A stretch of 64,000 bases of DNA from Somniosus microcephalus (Eukaryota), in contig CM126234.1 of the NCBI GenBank assembly GCA_052327205.1, positions 9,362,001 through 9,426,000 of the forward strand, given 5' to 3'. The notes beneath the pieces were generated by a model. That model did not search any database and was not told the DNA's origin. It saw only the letters and a program-made list of their open reading frames with translations. Positions 1-13,293 of the stretch are shown piece after piece; the stretch's first letter is position 1; every line of letters begins with the position of its first letter. The position numbers and the translations under genes are program-made.

Positions 1-2253
1 TTTTCCCTACTACTGTTGTCAGGCTAATTCGTCTGTAGTTCCCCATTTTCTCTCCCTCCTTTCTTGAATAGTGGGGTTATATTTGCTACCTTCCAATCCG
101 CGGGAACCATTCTAGAATCTATGGAATTTTGGAACATGACAACCAATGCATCCACTATCTCTATAGCCACCTCTTTCAAACCACTAGGATGTAGGCCGTC
201 AGGTTAGCCACAGTTGGACCACTTTTCCTGTGGGGTTTTTGTGCCTCAAAGGAATGTATATTTGTTGTAAATTATGTATTAATTCTTTAAACGCTAGCCA
301 TTGCTTCTCTACCGTCATATCTTTCAATGTAGTTTCCCAATCTACCTTAGCCAACTCGCCCCTCATACTTACGTAGTTTGCTTTGTTTAGATTTAAGACC
401 CTAGTTTTGGATTTAACTAAATCACTTTCAAACTCAATATAAAATTCTATCATATTATGGTCACTCTTCCCTAAAGGCTCCTTTGCTACAAGGTTATTAA
501 ATAACCCATTCTCATTGCATTATACTGTATTACCCTTGTTACATGCGCCTCTAATTTCCTGATTTATACTCTGCCCCACATTACAACTACTGTTTGGGGG
601 TCTATAAACAACTCCCACCAATGTTTTCTGCCCCTTGCTGTTCTTGGCTCCACCCAAACTGATTCTACTTCTTGATTTTCGGAGCCAAGATCCTTTCACT
701 TTACTGTCTTTATCCCATCCTTTATTATCAGGGCTACCCCTCCTCCTTTTCCATTTTGCCTATCTCTTCTAAAAGTTAAGTATCCTGGAATATTTAGTTC
801 CCAAACTTGGCCACTTTGCAACCACGTCTCCGTTATGGGTATTAGATCAAACCTGTTAATTTCTATCTGCACTATTGATTCATCTATTTTGTTGCGAATG
901 CTTCGCGCATTCAGATATAGTGCCTTTAGCTTTGACTTTTTTCTATTTTTCCCTGATGTCACCTTAGTCACTGATGCCTTATTACTTTGTTACTCTCTCT
1001 GTCCCTTCCTGACCCACTCTGCTTAGTTTTACCCAAAACTCTACTCTGCTCTAGAGCCTTGACATTTCTCTCGCTGCTTTTAAATTTACTCTTTCCTGAA
1101 TCCTCCCACCCCCTTCATTAGTTTAAAGCCCTGTCTACTGCCCTAGTTATTCGGTTCGCCAGGACACTGGTCCCAATCCAGTTTAAGTGGAGCCCGTCCC
1201 AACGGAACAGCTCATTCTTTCCCTAGTACTGGTGTTAGTGCCCCATAAACTGAAACCCCTTCCTCCCACACCACTCTTTGAGCCATGCATTTAAACTTCT
1301 AATCTGTTTGTCCCTATGCCAATTTGTGCGTGGCTCAGATAACAATCTTGAGATTATTACCTTTGAGGTTCTGCTTTTTAATTTGGATCCTAGCTCCTCA
1401 AACTCCCTCAGCAGAACCTCATTCCTAGTTCTACCTATGTCGTTAGTTCCAACATGGACCACGACAACTGGATCCTCCCCTCCCACTCCAAGTTCTTCTC
1501 CAGCCGCGAGGAGATGACTTTAACCCTGGCAAGCAACACAACCTTCGGAACTCTCAGTCACGGCTGCAGAGAACAGTATCTATCCCCCTGACTATATTGT
1601 CCCCTACCACAACTACATTCCCTTTCACTCCCCCCACTTGAAAAGCCTCCTGCACCATTGTGCCATGGTCAGCTTGCTCATCCATCCTGCAGGCTTTTCC
1701 CTCATCCACACAGGTAGCAAGAACCTCATACCTGTTGGACAAGGGCAAAGGCTGAGGCTCCTCCAGCACTGCACCTGGGGTCCCCTTACCTGCCTGAGTT
1801 GCAGTCACACCCTCCTGTCCCTGACCACTAACCAGACTTGTACCACTACCTAACCTAAGGGGTGTAACTACCTCCTGGATCAAAGTGTCCAGGTAACTCT
1901 CTCCATCCCTGATGCCCCGCAATGTCTGCACCTCAGACTCCAGCTCAAAAACTCTGAGCTGAAGTTCCTCAAGATGCAGGCACTTACTGTAAACGTGGTT
2001 GTCCGGGATCACAATGCTCTCCATAAACTCCCACATGCTGCAGTTGCGGCACACCGCCTGCACTGCCATCCCTATATGACCATGTTTTATTTAATTAAAT
2101 GTAATTAAATTTGTAATTAGGTAACTTAGTTTACAGTGTAGTTTCTTGACTACTTCCATGATCTAGATTAAGTTAAGAGTGCAGAAATTAAATATCTACT
2201 TGTAACAAAGCACTACAAGTAGTGTAGGCAAAAAGCAACAACTCCTCCCCCCT
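1..2253 (-). mobile_element. CR1-clade LINE, 5' portion (5' UTR, ORF1 zinc-finger/SGNH esterase, start of ORF2 endonuclease), decayed and running off the window start
   Basis: ORF1 MAVQAVCRNCSMWEF...VVVVGDNIVRG (2069-1554) continues as VVVHVGTNDI (1486-1235). ORF2 motifs LYLNARSIRNK and ITETW (971-696). Closely matches the + strand copy at 25849-30785 apart from internal deletions near 200 and 522. Confidence 0.93.
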
Positions 2254-5200
2254 ATACAGGACTGATCCCTATTTATGTTCTACTAGCATGGTCCCTATAT
2301 ATACTACAGGACTGGTCCCTATATATACTACAGGACTGGTCCCTATATACTACAGGACTGGTCCCTATATATACTACAGGACTGGTCCCTATATATACTA
2401 CAGGACTGGTCCCTATATATACTATATCCCTGTAGTATATATAGGCACCATTCATGTAGAATATATAGGGTCCAGTCCTGTAGTATATATAGGGTCCAGT
2501 CCTGTCGTATATATAGGGACCAGTCCTGTCGTATATATAGGGAGTTGTTCTGTAGTATATATAGGGACTAGTCCTGTAGTATATATATGGACCAGCCCTG
2601 TAGTATATAAGAAATAGCAGCAGGAGTAGGCCATTCGGCCCCATCGAGCCTGCTCTACCAGGGACCAGCCCTGTAGCATATATAGGGACCAGTCCTGTAG
2701 CATATATAGGGAGCAGCCCTGTATAGAATATATATAGGAACCAGCCTTGTAGTATATAGGGACCACCCTGTAGTATATATAGGGACCACCCATGTAGTAC
2801 ATATATAGGGAGCAGTCCTGTAGTATATATAGGGAACCATCCTGTAGTATATATAGGGAGCAGCCCTGTAATACAGATATAGGGAGCAGTCCTGTAGTAT
2901 ATATAGGGACCTGTCCTGTAATATATAGGGATTATCCCTCCCTGTAGTATATATAGGGACTACCCATATAGTACATATATAGGGAGCAGTCCTGTAGTAT
3001 ATATAGGGAACCATCCTGTAGTATATATAGGGAGCAGCCCTGTAGTATAGATATAGGGAGCAGTCCTGTAGTATATATAGGGACCCGTCCTGTAATATAT
3101 AGGGACCTGTCCTGTAGTATATATCGGGACCAGCCCTGCAGTATATCTAGGGACCAGCCCTGTAGTATATATAGGGACCAGCCCTGTAGTATATAGAGAC
3201 CAGTCCTGTAGTATGTATAGGGACCAACCCTGTATATATAGGGAGCAGTCCTGTAGTATATAGGGACCAGTCCTGTATTATATAGGGACCAGCCCTGCCG
3301 TATATCTAAGGAGCAGTGCTGTAGTATCGATAGGGGCCAGCCCTGTAGTATATAGAGACCAGTCCTGTAGTATGTATAGGGGACCAGCCCTGTATATATA
3401 TGGAGCAGTCCTGTAGTATATAGGGACCAGTCCTGTAGTATATATAGGGACCAGTCCTGTAGCATATGTAGGGACCAGTCCTGTAGAATATATATAGGGG
3501 CCAGCTCTGTAGCATATATAGTGACCAGCCCGTTAGAATATATATAGGGAGCAGCCCTGGAAAATGTACCTTATAGGGTCCAGCCCTATAGAATATATAT
3601 AGGGACCAGCCCTGTAGTATCTCTATAGGGACCAGCCATGTAGTATATCTATAGGGACCAGCCATGTATATATCTATAGGGACCAGCCATGTAGTATATA
3701 TAGGGACTAGCCCAGTAGTATATTGGGATCTGCCCTGTAGTGTATATATAGTGGCCTGCCCTATAGCATATAGATAGGGGCCAGCTGTGTAGAATATATA
3801 TATAGGGACCAGCCCTGTACTACATATAGGGACCAACCCTTTAGTATATATGGACCAGCCCTGTAATATATACATAGAGACCAGTCTTGTAGTATCTACA
3901 GGGACCTGTAGAATATATATGGGACCAGCCCTGTAGTAGATATAGGGACCAGTCCTGTTGTGTATATATAGGGTCCAGTCCTGAAGTATATATAGGGACC
4001 TGCCCTGTAGTATGTATAGGGACCAGCCCTGTAGTAGATATAGACACCAGTCCTGTAGTATATAGAGACCAGTCTGTAGTATATATAGCGACCTGCCCTG
4101 TAGTATATATATGGACCAGTCCTGTAGTATATATAGGGACCAGTCCTGTAGTATATATAGGGACCAGTCCTGTAATATATATAGGGACCAGTCATGTAGT
4201 ATATATAGGTACCAGTCATGTAGTATATATAGGTACCAGTCCTGTAGTGTATATATAGGGACCAGCCCTGAAGTATATATAGGTACCAGTCCTGTAGTAT
4301 ATATATAGATACCAGTCCTGTAGTGTATACATAGGGACCAGCCCTGAAGTATATATAGGTACCAGTCCTGTAGTATATATAGGGACCAGCCCTGTAGTAT
4401 ATATATAGGTACCAGTCCTGTCGTGTATATATAGGGACCAGCCCTGAAATATATATAGGTACCAGTCCTGTAGTATATATATAGACACCAGTCCTGTAGT
4501 GTATATATAGGTACCAGTCCTGCAGTATATATAGGAACCAGTCCTGTATTATATATAGGGAGCAGCCCTGTAGTATATACGGTCCAGTCCTGTAGTATAG
4601 ATAGGGACCAGCCCTGTTATATATATATATAGGGACCAGCTCTGTAGAATACACAGTATAAGGACCAGCCCTGTCATATGTCACATTATGCCCCTCCCAC
4701 AAAACTGGATTGTTGTATATATAGAGACCAGTCCTGAAGTATATATAGAGACCAGTCCTGAAGTATATATAGAGACCAGTCCTGAAGTATATATAGAGAC
4801 CAGTCCTGAAGTATATATAGGGACCTGCCCTGCAGTATGTATAGGGACCAGCCCTGTAAAAGGGATATAGGGAGCAGCCCTGTAGAATCTATAGGGACCA
4901 GCCCTGTCAAATATATAGGGAGCAGTCCTGTAGTATATATAAGGAGCAGCCCTGTAGAATATATATAGGGACCAGCACTGTAGTGATTTAGGGACCAGTC
5001 CTGTAGTATATTTAAGGACCAGTCCTGTAGTATATATAGGGAGCAGCCCTGTAGTATATATAGGGACCAGCCCTGTAGTATATAGGGACCAGCCCTGTAG
5101 TATATATAGGGACCAGCCCTGTAGTATATAGGGTCCAGTCTTGTAGTATATAGGGTGCAGTCCTGTAGTATGTACAGTGTCCAGTCCTGTAGTATATAGG

Positions 5201-7890
5201 GTCCAGCCCTGTAGTATGTACAGGGACCAGCCCTGTAGTATATAGGATCCAGTCCTGTAGTATATAGGGAACAGCCCTGTAGTATATATAGGGACCAGCC
5301 CTGTAGTATATAGGGTCCAGTCCTGTAGTATATATAGGGAGCAGCCCTGTAGCATATATAGGGAGCAGCCCTGTAGTATATAGGGAACAGCCCTGTAGTA
5401 TATATAGGGACCAGTCCTGTAGTATATAGGGTCCAGTCCTGTAGTATGTACAGGGACCAGCCCTGTAGTATATAGGATCCAGTCCTGTAGTATATAGGGA
5501 ACAGCCCTGTAGTATATATAGGGACAGCCCTGTAGTATATAGGATCCAGTCCTGTAGTATGTACAGGGACCAGCCCTGTAGTATATAGGGACCAGTCCTG
5601 TAGTATATATAGGGACCAGTCCTGTAGTATATAGGGACCAGTCCTGTAGTATATAGGGTCCAGTCCTGTAGTATATAGGGACCAGGCCTGTAGTATATAT
5701 AGGGACCAGTCCTGTAGTATAAATAGGGACCAGTCCTGTAGTATATATAGGGACCAGTCCTGTAGTATATATAGAGAGCAGTCCTGTAGTATATAGGGAC
5801 CAGTCCTGTAGCATATAGGGACCAGCCCTGTAGTATATAGAGTCCAGTCCTGTAGTATATAGGGACCAGTCCTGTAGTATATAGGGACCAGCCCTGTAGT
5901 ATATATAGGGACCAGTCCTGTAGTATATAGGGACCAGTCCTGTAGTATATAGGGTCCAGTCCTGTAGTATGTACAGGGACAAGCCCTGTAGTATATAGGG
6001 ACCAGTCCTATAGTATATAGGGACCAGTCCTGTAGTGTATATATAGGGACCAGCCCTGTAGTATATATAGGGACCAGCCCTGTAGTATATATAGGGACCA
6101 GCCCTGTAGTATGTAGGGACCAGTCCTGTAGTATATAGGGTACAGTCCTGTAGTATATAGGGACCAGCCCTGTAGTATATATAGGGACCAGCCCTGTAGT
6201 ATATAGGGACCAGCCCTGTAGTATATATAGGGACCAGTCCTGTAGTATATAGGGACCAGCCCTGTAGTATATATAGGGACCAGCCCTGTAGTATATATAG
6301 GGACCAACCCTGCAGTAGATATAGGGTCCAGTCCTGTAGTATATAGGGTCCAGTCCTGTAATATATATAGGGACCAGCCCTGTAGTATATATAGGGAGCA
6401 GCCCTGTAGTATATATAGGGTCCAGTCTTGTAGTATATAGGGTCCAGTCCTGTAGTATATAGGGTCCAGCCCTGTAGTATATATAGGGACCAGCTCTGTA
6501 GTATATATAGGGACCAGCCTTGTAGTATATATAGAGACCAGCCTTGTAGTATATAGGGTCCAGTCCTGTAGTATATATAGGGAACAGCCCTGTAGCATAT
6601 ATAGGGAGCAGCCCTGTAGTATATAGGGAACAGCCCTGTAGTATATATAGGGACCAGCCCTGTAGTATATAGGGACCAACCCTGTAGTATATAGTGTCTA
6701 GCCCTGAAGTATATAGGGTCCAGTCCTGTAGTATATAGGGTCCAGTCCTGTAGTATATATAGGGTCCAGTCCTGTGGTATATATAGGGAGCAGCCCTGTA
6801 GGATATATAGGGACCAGCCCTGTAGTATATATAGGGACCAGCCCTGTAGAATGCACAGTATAAGGACCACCCCTGTAGAATGCACAGTATAAGGACCAGC
6901 CCTGTAGTATGTATAGGGCCCAGCCCTGTTATATATATAGGGACCAGCCCTGTAGAATGCACAGTATAAGGGCCACCCCTGTAGAATGCACAGTATAAGG
7001 ACCAGCCCTGTAGAATGCACAGTATAAGGACCACCCCTGTAGAATGCACAGTATAAGGACCAGCCCTGTAGAATGCACAGTATAAGGACCACCCCTGTAG
7101 AATGCACAGTATAAGGACCAGCCCTGTAGAATGCACAGTATAAGGACCACCCCTGTAGAATGCACAGTATAAGGACCAGCCCTGTAGAATGCACAGTATA
7201 AGGACCAGCCCTGTAGAATGCACAGTATAAGGACCAGCCCTGTAGTATGTATAGGGCCCAGCCCTGTTATATATATAGGGACCAGCCCTGTAGAATGCAC
7301 AGTATAAGGACCACCCCTGTAGAATGCACAGTATAAGGACCAGCCCTGTAGAATGCACAGTATAAGGACCAGCCCTGTAGAATGCACAGTATAAGGACCA
7401 GCCCTGTAGAATGCACAGTATAAGGACCAGCCCTGTAGTATGTATAGGGCCCAGCCCTGTTATATATATAGGGACCAGCCCTGTAGAATGCACAGTATAA
7501 GGACCACCCCTGTAGAATGCACAGTATAAGGACCAGCCCTGTAGTATGTATAGGGCCCAGCCCTGTTATATATATAAGGACCAGCCCTGTAGAATGCACA
7601 GTATAAGGACCAGCCCTGTAGAATGCACAGTATAAGGACCAGCCCTGTAGTATGTATAGGGCCCAGCCCTGTTATATATATAAGGACCACCCCTGTAGAA
7701 TGCACAGTATAAGGACCAGCCCTGTAGTATGTATAGGGCCCAGCCCTGTTATATATATAAGGACCAGCCCTGTAGAATGCACAGTATAAGGACCAGCCCT
7801 GTAGTATGTATAGGGCCCAGCCCTGTTATATATATAAGGACCAGCCCTGTAGAATGCACAGTATAAGGACCACCCCTGTAGTATGTCACA
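2254..7890. repeat. Complex tandem array, 22-24 bp unit GGGACCAG(C/T)CCTGTAG(TA)n, with a 29-bp sub-array AGAATGCACAGTATAAGGACCAGCCCTGT at about 6845-7880
   Basis: Direct reading of more than 200 units. The first ~170 bp are in the opposite orientation. Confidence 0.97.
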
Positions 7891-7920
7891 TTGTGCCCCT
7901 CCCACAAAACTGGATTGTTG

Positions 7921-8230
7921 TGTATTGGATCACATTGTGTACTGGATCATAGTGTGTACTTGATCACATTGTGGACTGGAGCACATTGTGTCTTGGATCA
8001 CACTGTGCATTGTTCACATAGCGTACTGGATCATAGCTTGCTCTGAACCATATTTGTGAACTGGATCACACTATGTACTATGTCATTTTTGTATACTGGA
8101 TCTCACTTGAGTACTGGAGCATGTTGAGTATTGGATCCCACTGGGCACTGGTTCACATTGAGTACTCAATTATATTGGGTACTGGATGATATTGAGTACT
8201 AGGTCATAGTGGTTATTGGATCACATTGCG
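7921..8230. repeat. Degenerate ~17-bp tandem repeat (TGGATCACATTGTGTAC-like)
   Basis: TGGATCACA and GTACTGGA recur at ~17 bp spacing. Confidence 0.75.
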
Positions 8231-8879
8231 CGGTGGCTTAACATTTTCAAGATAACGATCCAGACTCAAACTTTGAAAACTGTTGTGATGGTTATGATGT
8301 ACAGTTAATTGTAATGTATATTTTGCTAGAACGCACGGTGAATGTTTCATAAAACTAGGTTCATCACACCATCATCCAGCAGATACTGGTCAGGGGCTAC
8401 AACTATTTGTCTTTAAGAACTGTACTTTAAAGGCTAGCAATTACTGTTTTTTGCATTAATGTAGGTTTAACTGAGCATTGCATAAGGTATGTAAGGGTTA
8501 TGAAGCACGATTTGGCTGAATTTTCTTCAATGCAAGCTAGCATGCGCTATAATGATCGCAAAATGCAGCATCCAATGAAAGCAGAGCATCAATAATCATG
8601 GCCAGCACCTTGTTTAAAGAAAAGAGAGGTTTGTATAGTGCTTTATCATGTCTTGCAGAAACATCTCAAAGCGCTAAAGAAGCAACGGATTACTTCTAGA
8701 GTGGTATGACTGTTGTTATGTAGGCAAATGCGGCAGCCAATTTGCAAACAGCAAATGAGATGAATGATCAGTTAATCTGTTTTTGGTGGTGTAAGTTGAG
8801 CGCTAAGCGGCCGCTTAAAGCATTGAAATTGCGCATGTCAGCCCAGTTCAGCTGTTTCCACAGCAATTTTCCTCGGACA

Positions 8880-9660
8880 ATGGAGTGTACCAGGCACAGG
8901 AAGTACCATTTTGACAACCAGGCGCTAAAGGCTTTAATAAAAGGAGTGAGCGAACATATACTGCATGGAGGGCCGCTCCTCCTCAGAAACACCTGGTTCA
9001 GCAGGTATGGCAAGAAATCGTGGAGCATGTAAATGCTGTTTCCAGAGCCCACGGGACCTGGCAAGATGTCAGGAAGAAGATGGCAGATCTCAAGAAATCG
9101 GCTAAGGTAAGTCAATAATATTAATATGCACCTGCCATAAGTGGACATGCAAGAAAGTCAACCCTGGCAAACTTCTCAGCCTTTCCTGCTTCTCTATGAA
9201 AACTGGTATGAGGAGGTTAACCAGTGCAGCACTGCCATGAGATACAAGGGCAATGAATGGTTAGCATGAATGGGGATGTTTATGTATAAGAGAGATGCAG
9301 TTCTGAAGAGCTTATGCAAATCTGTGTGCACAGCAAAAATTCCAAAAGGAGATTTAGACAATGACTGTTTGGAAGTGAACCTAGCAGGGTGATACCCATT
9401 TAATGAAAACATCTAGTATGTCACAGAAACTGTGCAAATGCTTGACATTGTCAGTGTTCTGTGTACATTCAATATATCAATACTGTTCTTCTACTTGCAG
9501 GACAAGATGGCCTTCAATCAGCGAGAACAGTGCTGCACTGGACCCTGCCAATACAAGCCCCCTACCCTATTCGAGAACGCCACTTTGGAAATAATATGCA
9601 GGGAGAGTATAGAGGGAGTGGGGGACGTCGAAGCTGGAAACTTCCAACGAGTTCATGGCT
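8880..9660 (+). pseudogene. Harbinger Myb/SANT-like (NAIF1-type) DNA-binding protein remnant, two exons
   Basis: FDNQALKALIKGV... then, after a frameshift, QVWQEIVEHVNAVSRAHGTWQDVRKKMADLKKSAK followed by a gtaagt donor (~9107). An acceptor ttgcag at 9500 precedes DKMAFNQREQ...TG. Confidence 0.7.
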
Positions 9661-10494
9661 AGTACTATAATATTCATGTTATATAATTTTGTCCTGTGGA
9701 ATAACTGTCATTCTGGCACATGCTGAACCTAAGTAACAGTGCAGATAATACCATGGAATGACAAATTATCTTCTCTTTTCACAGAAAAACACCTAGTGTC
9801 TGCGAGAAAGGCCACAACTCACAGCACTCTGTATCACAATCACTATCTCTGCCAAATGCCAACTACAGCTACACACCCTATAGGATGTAGATAGTGAGGT
9901 TCAGGAGGGGGTCTCAGGGTAAGTCACAGCTCATGGGTGAGGAGCAGCAAGTGGTGTTGGCTATAGAGGGCCAGGCATTTTCTGATCAAAAGTCCAACAT
10001 GGTTACTGACCCTGCTACAACACCTAGGGACCTTGACCTCACAGGACCTGCTTACAAACAGACATTACTGTCTGTCAGATCATCCACCTGAGTCACTTGT
10101 GTACATGGAACATTTACTGCAAGATCTTGAAAGGATTGTGGAGGAGTACACTACCTAAATCTATGCAGTCATGGATGAATGGTTGTCTGCACTGCAGTTA
10201 TCCATGGAGTGTGTGTTAACTCTAGTGGCATCTGCAGTGGAATCCCTAGGGTGCAGGTCATAGGCACAGTGGGGGCATCTCTCATGAATGTTCACATTAC
10301 CGCTATAGAGACCATGGGCTCAAGTCTTAAAGATGCTCTTTTTGCCAGCTTCAGCACACTTGGAGATTGGATACAGATGACCTTGAGTAACGATTCACAG
10401 ACCTTATAGATGCCCAAGGTTCTGTTCTCACATCAGTGCACATGTTAAGGGAATGCCCAGTGGCAGGTAGTAGTTGAAGAGCAGATAATTTGTT

Positions 10495-10582
10495 TTAAAT
10501 TTGTTTATGGGATATGGGCGTCGCTGGCAAGGCCAACATTTATTGCCCATCCCTAATTGCCCTTAAGAAGGTGGTGGTGAGA
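10495..10582 (-). mobile_element. 3' tail fragment of a LINE (AAGGGCAATTAGGGATGGGCAATAAATG...)
   Basis: The same tail ends the SINE at 23640-24012 and recurs near 63590-63640. Confidence 0.6.
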
Positions 10583-11269
10583 TAATTGGCTCTTATGATG
10601 ATACAGGCCATCAAGCATCCCTACACGAGTGGCAGTAGATATGCCAGAAAGTAGATATGAACAGGCAGCTAGAACAGCCATAGACATGACTGAGGCATAG
10701 GCAAAGCTATTGGATTCCATACCACATGGAGGTCTTGTGCCACTACAATTCCAAAAGCCTGACAATGGAACGCAGCAGCCGGACAATACGCTTACTCCTT
10801 CCGAGAGGGATTCGCTGAGGCGGAGACGAGGTAGGCCAGGTGTTGTACCCCACAACAAACCACAGGCACAAAGGGGAAGCACTGACAATATTCACTGAAC
10901 ACATAATGGTTGGAATAAAAATACTGGATTTGATTTGTACATTGTTCTGTGTGTTTATTTGTCTTTGGTTAGAATAAAACAGGATCCAGGATTCAGATGG
11001 GAATAGATTAAATTTGAGGGACTGCAGAGGAAAGTGCAGCTGCAGCTGGTTTAGGGATGTGTTATTTATATATGTGGATGGCAATTTTATTACATGGGAC
11101 AGCAGCGGCACTCACTGGAAGACACATTGGATTGGTGCCTGTGTACCAGGCTTCCCTGCTGCACTGCTGGTTCTGCAGCTGCTTCTTTGTTCTCACTCCC
11201 AAACTTATGGTGTGCCATGGCTTTGGCATTCTGTTCTTCCTCCATGGTGAGATGTCTTTGCAGAGAGAA

Positions 11270-11655
11270 AGAAAAAAAATTGCATTTATATCGCTCCCCT
11301 CAGATGTCCCTAAGTGTTTCATTGCCAATAAATTATTTCTAAAGTGTTGTTATGTAAGCAAATGCAGCAGCCAATTTTGCGCACAGCAAGATCGCACAAA
11401 TGAGATATATGACCAGTTAATCTGCTTTTGGTGGTGTTGGTTGAGGCATGAATATTGGCCAGAACACCAGGAGAACTCCCTGCTTTTCTTTGAATAGTGC
11501 CATGGATCTTTTACATCCACCTGAACAGACAGCACTCCCTCAGTACTGCACTGAAGTGTCAGCTTAGACCATATGCTCAAATCCTGGAGTGGTGCTTGAA
11601 CCCATGACCTTCTGATTCAGAGAATGGAATACTACCAACTGAGCCAAGCTGACAG
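11270..11655 (-). mobile_element. tRNA-headed DeuSINE (SacSINE1-like)
   Basis: Deu-domain text (GCACTCCCTCAGTACTGCACTG, GTGCCATGGATCTTTTACATCCACCTGA) and a tRNA-like head at ~11580-11650. Several copies occur in the window. Confidence 0.8.
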
Positions 11656-11679
11656 AGCAAAGTTAATTGGCAGCTTATG

Positions 11680-12560
11680 GTTATTCATGAGACCCTGGGA
11701 GGGCTGTATTGTAAGGTATCACCTGATAGTCAAGAAGACATCTGAAACACTGCTTTAAGATCCCAGTGGTATGAAGGGTTTCGACCTGAAATGTTAACTC
11801 TGTTTCTCTCTCCACGGATGTTGCCTGGCCTGCTGAGTTTTTCCAGCATTTTCTGTTGTTATTTCGGATTTCCAGCATCCGCAGTATTTTGCTGTCGTGT
11901 TCTATAATTATCCTGGTTGTAGCAGGACCCCCATTGTACCCATGGCTCTGCTGCTGTCTGTAGTTGGTGCATGGATGTCATGAACCCTGACTGCAGAGAG
12001 TAAGCTTGGTCTTGCAGGAGCCATTCTTCCACTCCTTCTCCCCCTTCAAGTAAGTGGCACAGATGACTGCCTTAAAGTGAAGGCATCATGAGAATTCCCG
12101 GGGAAGCAGGCATTCACCTGCATCACTCTGTGCTGGGGGTTGCACACCAGCTGGACTCTGATAGAATAAAATCCCTTTCCATTCATGTAGCATTCTGTAC
12201 GGGGGCCCAAATAGCATCATGGGTGACCCCTGGACTCTGGGAAATACAGCAGATCTGTAGAATTCTGCTGCCTTGTCACATTACTGCTGTTGGTCCATGG
12301 CCAAAATAATGATGTGATTGACCCTGCTGAATAATGTACCCGTCACCCCCTTGATACATCTGTTGTCAGCCAACGGGCTAATGCTGCAGATGTCCCTAGT
12401 CCTAGCCTGGAAGGACCACAACACATACACATTGAAAACCTCGGACACTTTGATGGTCGCTGGCAGTGCCATATGGATATGTACCTGTGTCCGGAAGTCC
12501 TCATTGAGGAGATGGCACTGCTCTGTCACAGCCTCCTATGCCACCATTCCTCAATCATTC
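11680..12560 (-). pseudogene. HARBI1-like DDE transposase remnant
   Basis: Minus-strand peptides TEQCHLL..ALPATIKV..SFQA..DICSIS, FPRVQG, KGFYSIRVQLVCNPQHRVMQVNACFPGNSHDAFTLRQS, WLLQDQAY, TTRIIIEH and GILKQCFRCL, broken by frameshifts and insertions. Confidence 0.85.
11770..11895 (+). mobile_element. Short Penelope-like terminal repeat fragment
   Basis: GAAGGGTTTCGACCTGAAATGTTAACTCTG...GCCTGGCCTGCTGAG...CCAGCATTTT. A second copy is at 45086-45220. It splits the Harbinger transposase frame. Confidence 0.55.
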
Positions 12561-13095
12561 CCAGATCATTGCGCCTGGGTTGGTAGCTCAATGTGTTGTG
12601 TGCCAGTGCAACATCACTGTTCTCCTTGTGAGCGATCTTACATCCCAGACTGTTACTTATGTTCTTGCTGGTCCTCCTCAGCCAATTGAATGCAAGCGAT
12701 GCACTGATTCCAACCTATGTGTTGTACTAAACAGCTGCAGTTGTAGCTCTCTTTTGTAGCAGCTCAGTAAAGTGAAGCAGGGGTGGGAACACACTGAATG
12801 TGTGAAGTGGGTACCTTGAAAGATGGTGCGAGTAGAATTTAAGGACCAACTATGCGGGATTTAACCAGGCCTACACACGGATTCAGCGCTGTAACACTGA
12901 GCAACTACTTCATCCCGGCAACAAAGACAGGATAAGAGTGTGCTGTACCGCCACACTCCTGAAATTACCAACACCTAACGCACCACCAGGAGTTAACAGT
13001 GACACCAACAGTCATTTCCAGCCTTAAGATATTTGAAAGAACTGGTTCATCGAATACATTCTGATATGTAACCTCCATTTTGCTTTTCTTTCTAG

Positions 13096-13224
<129 letters not shown>

Positions 13225-13293
13225 TGATTCTATAAATGTGTATTTTTGTTTTGTATTCTATTGTGAGTCTGACTGCTCTGTATCGCCTGACAG

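Larger units (their letters stand above)
8510..12970. mobile_element. Decayed autonomous PIF/Harbinger DNA transposon (Myb/SANT gene on +, DDE transposase on -); ends approximate
   Basis: Remnants of both characteristic genes lie in convergent orientation and are interrupted by younger SINEs. TIRs were not securely identified. Confidence 0.75.

Noticed and set aside
2273-7905. ORFs up to 935 aa rich in YYRTGPYI and LQGWSLY
   Set aside because: Translations of the tandem array in several frames, with no domain or splice structure.
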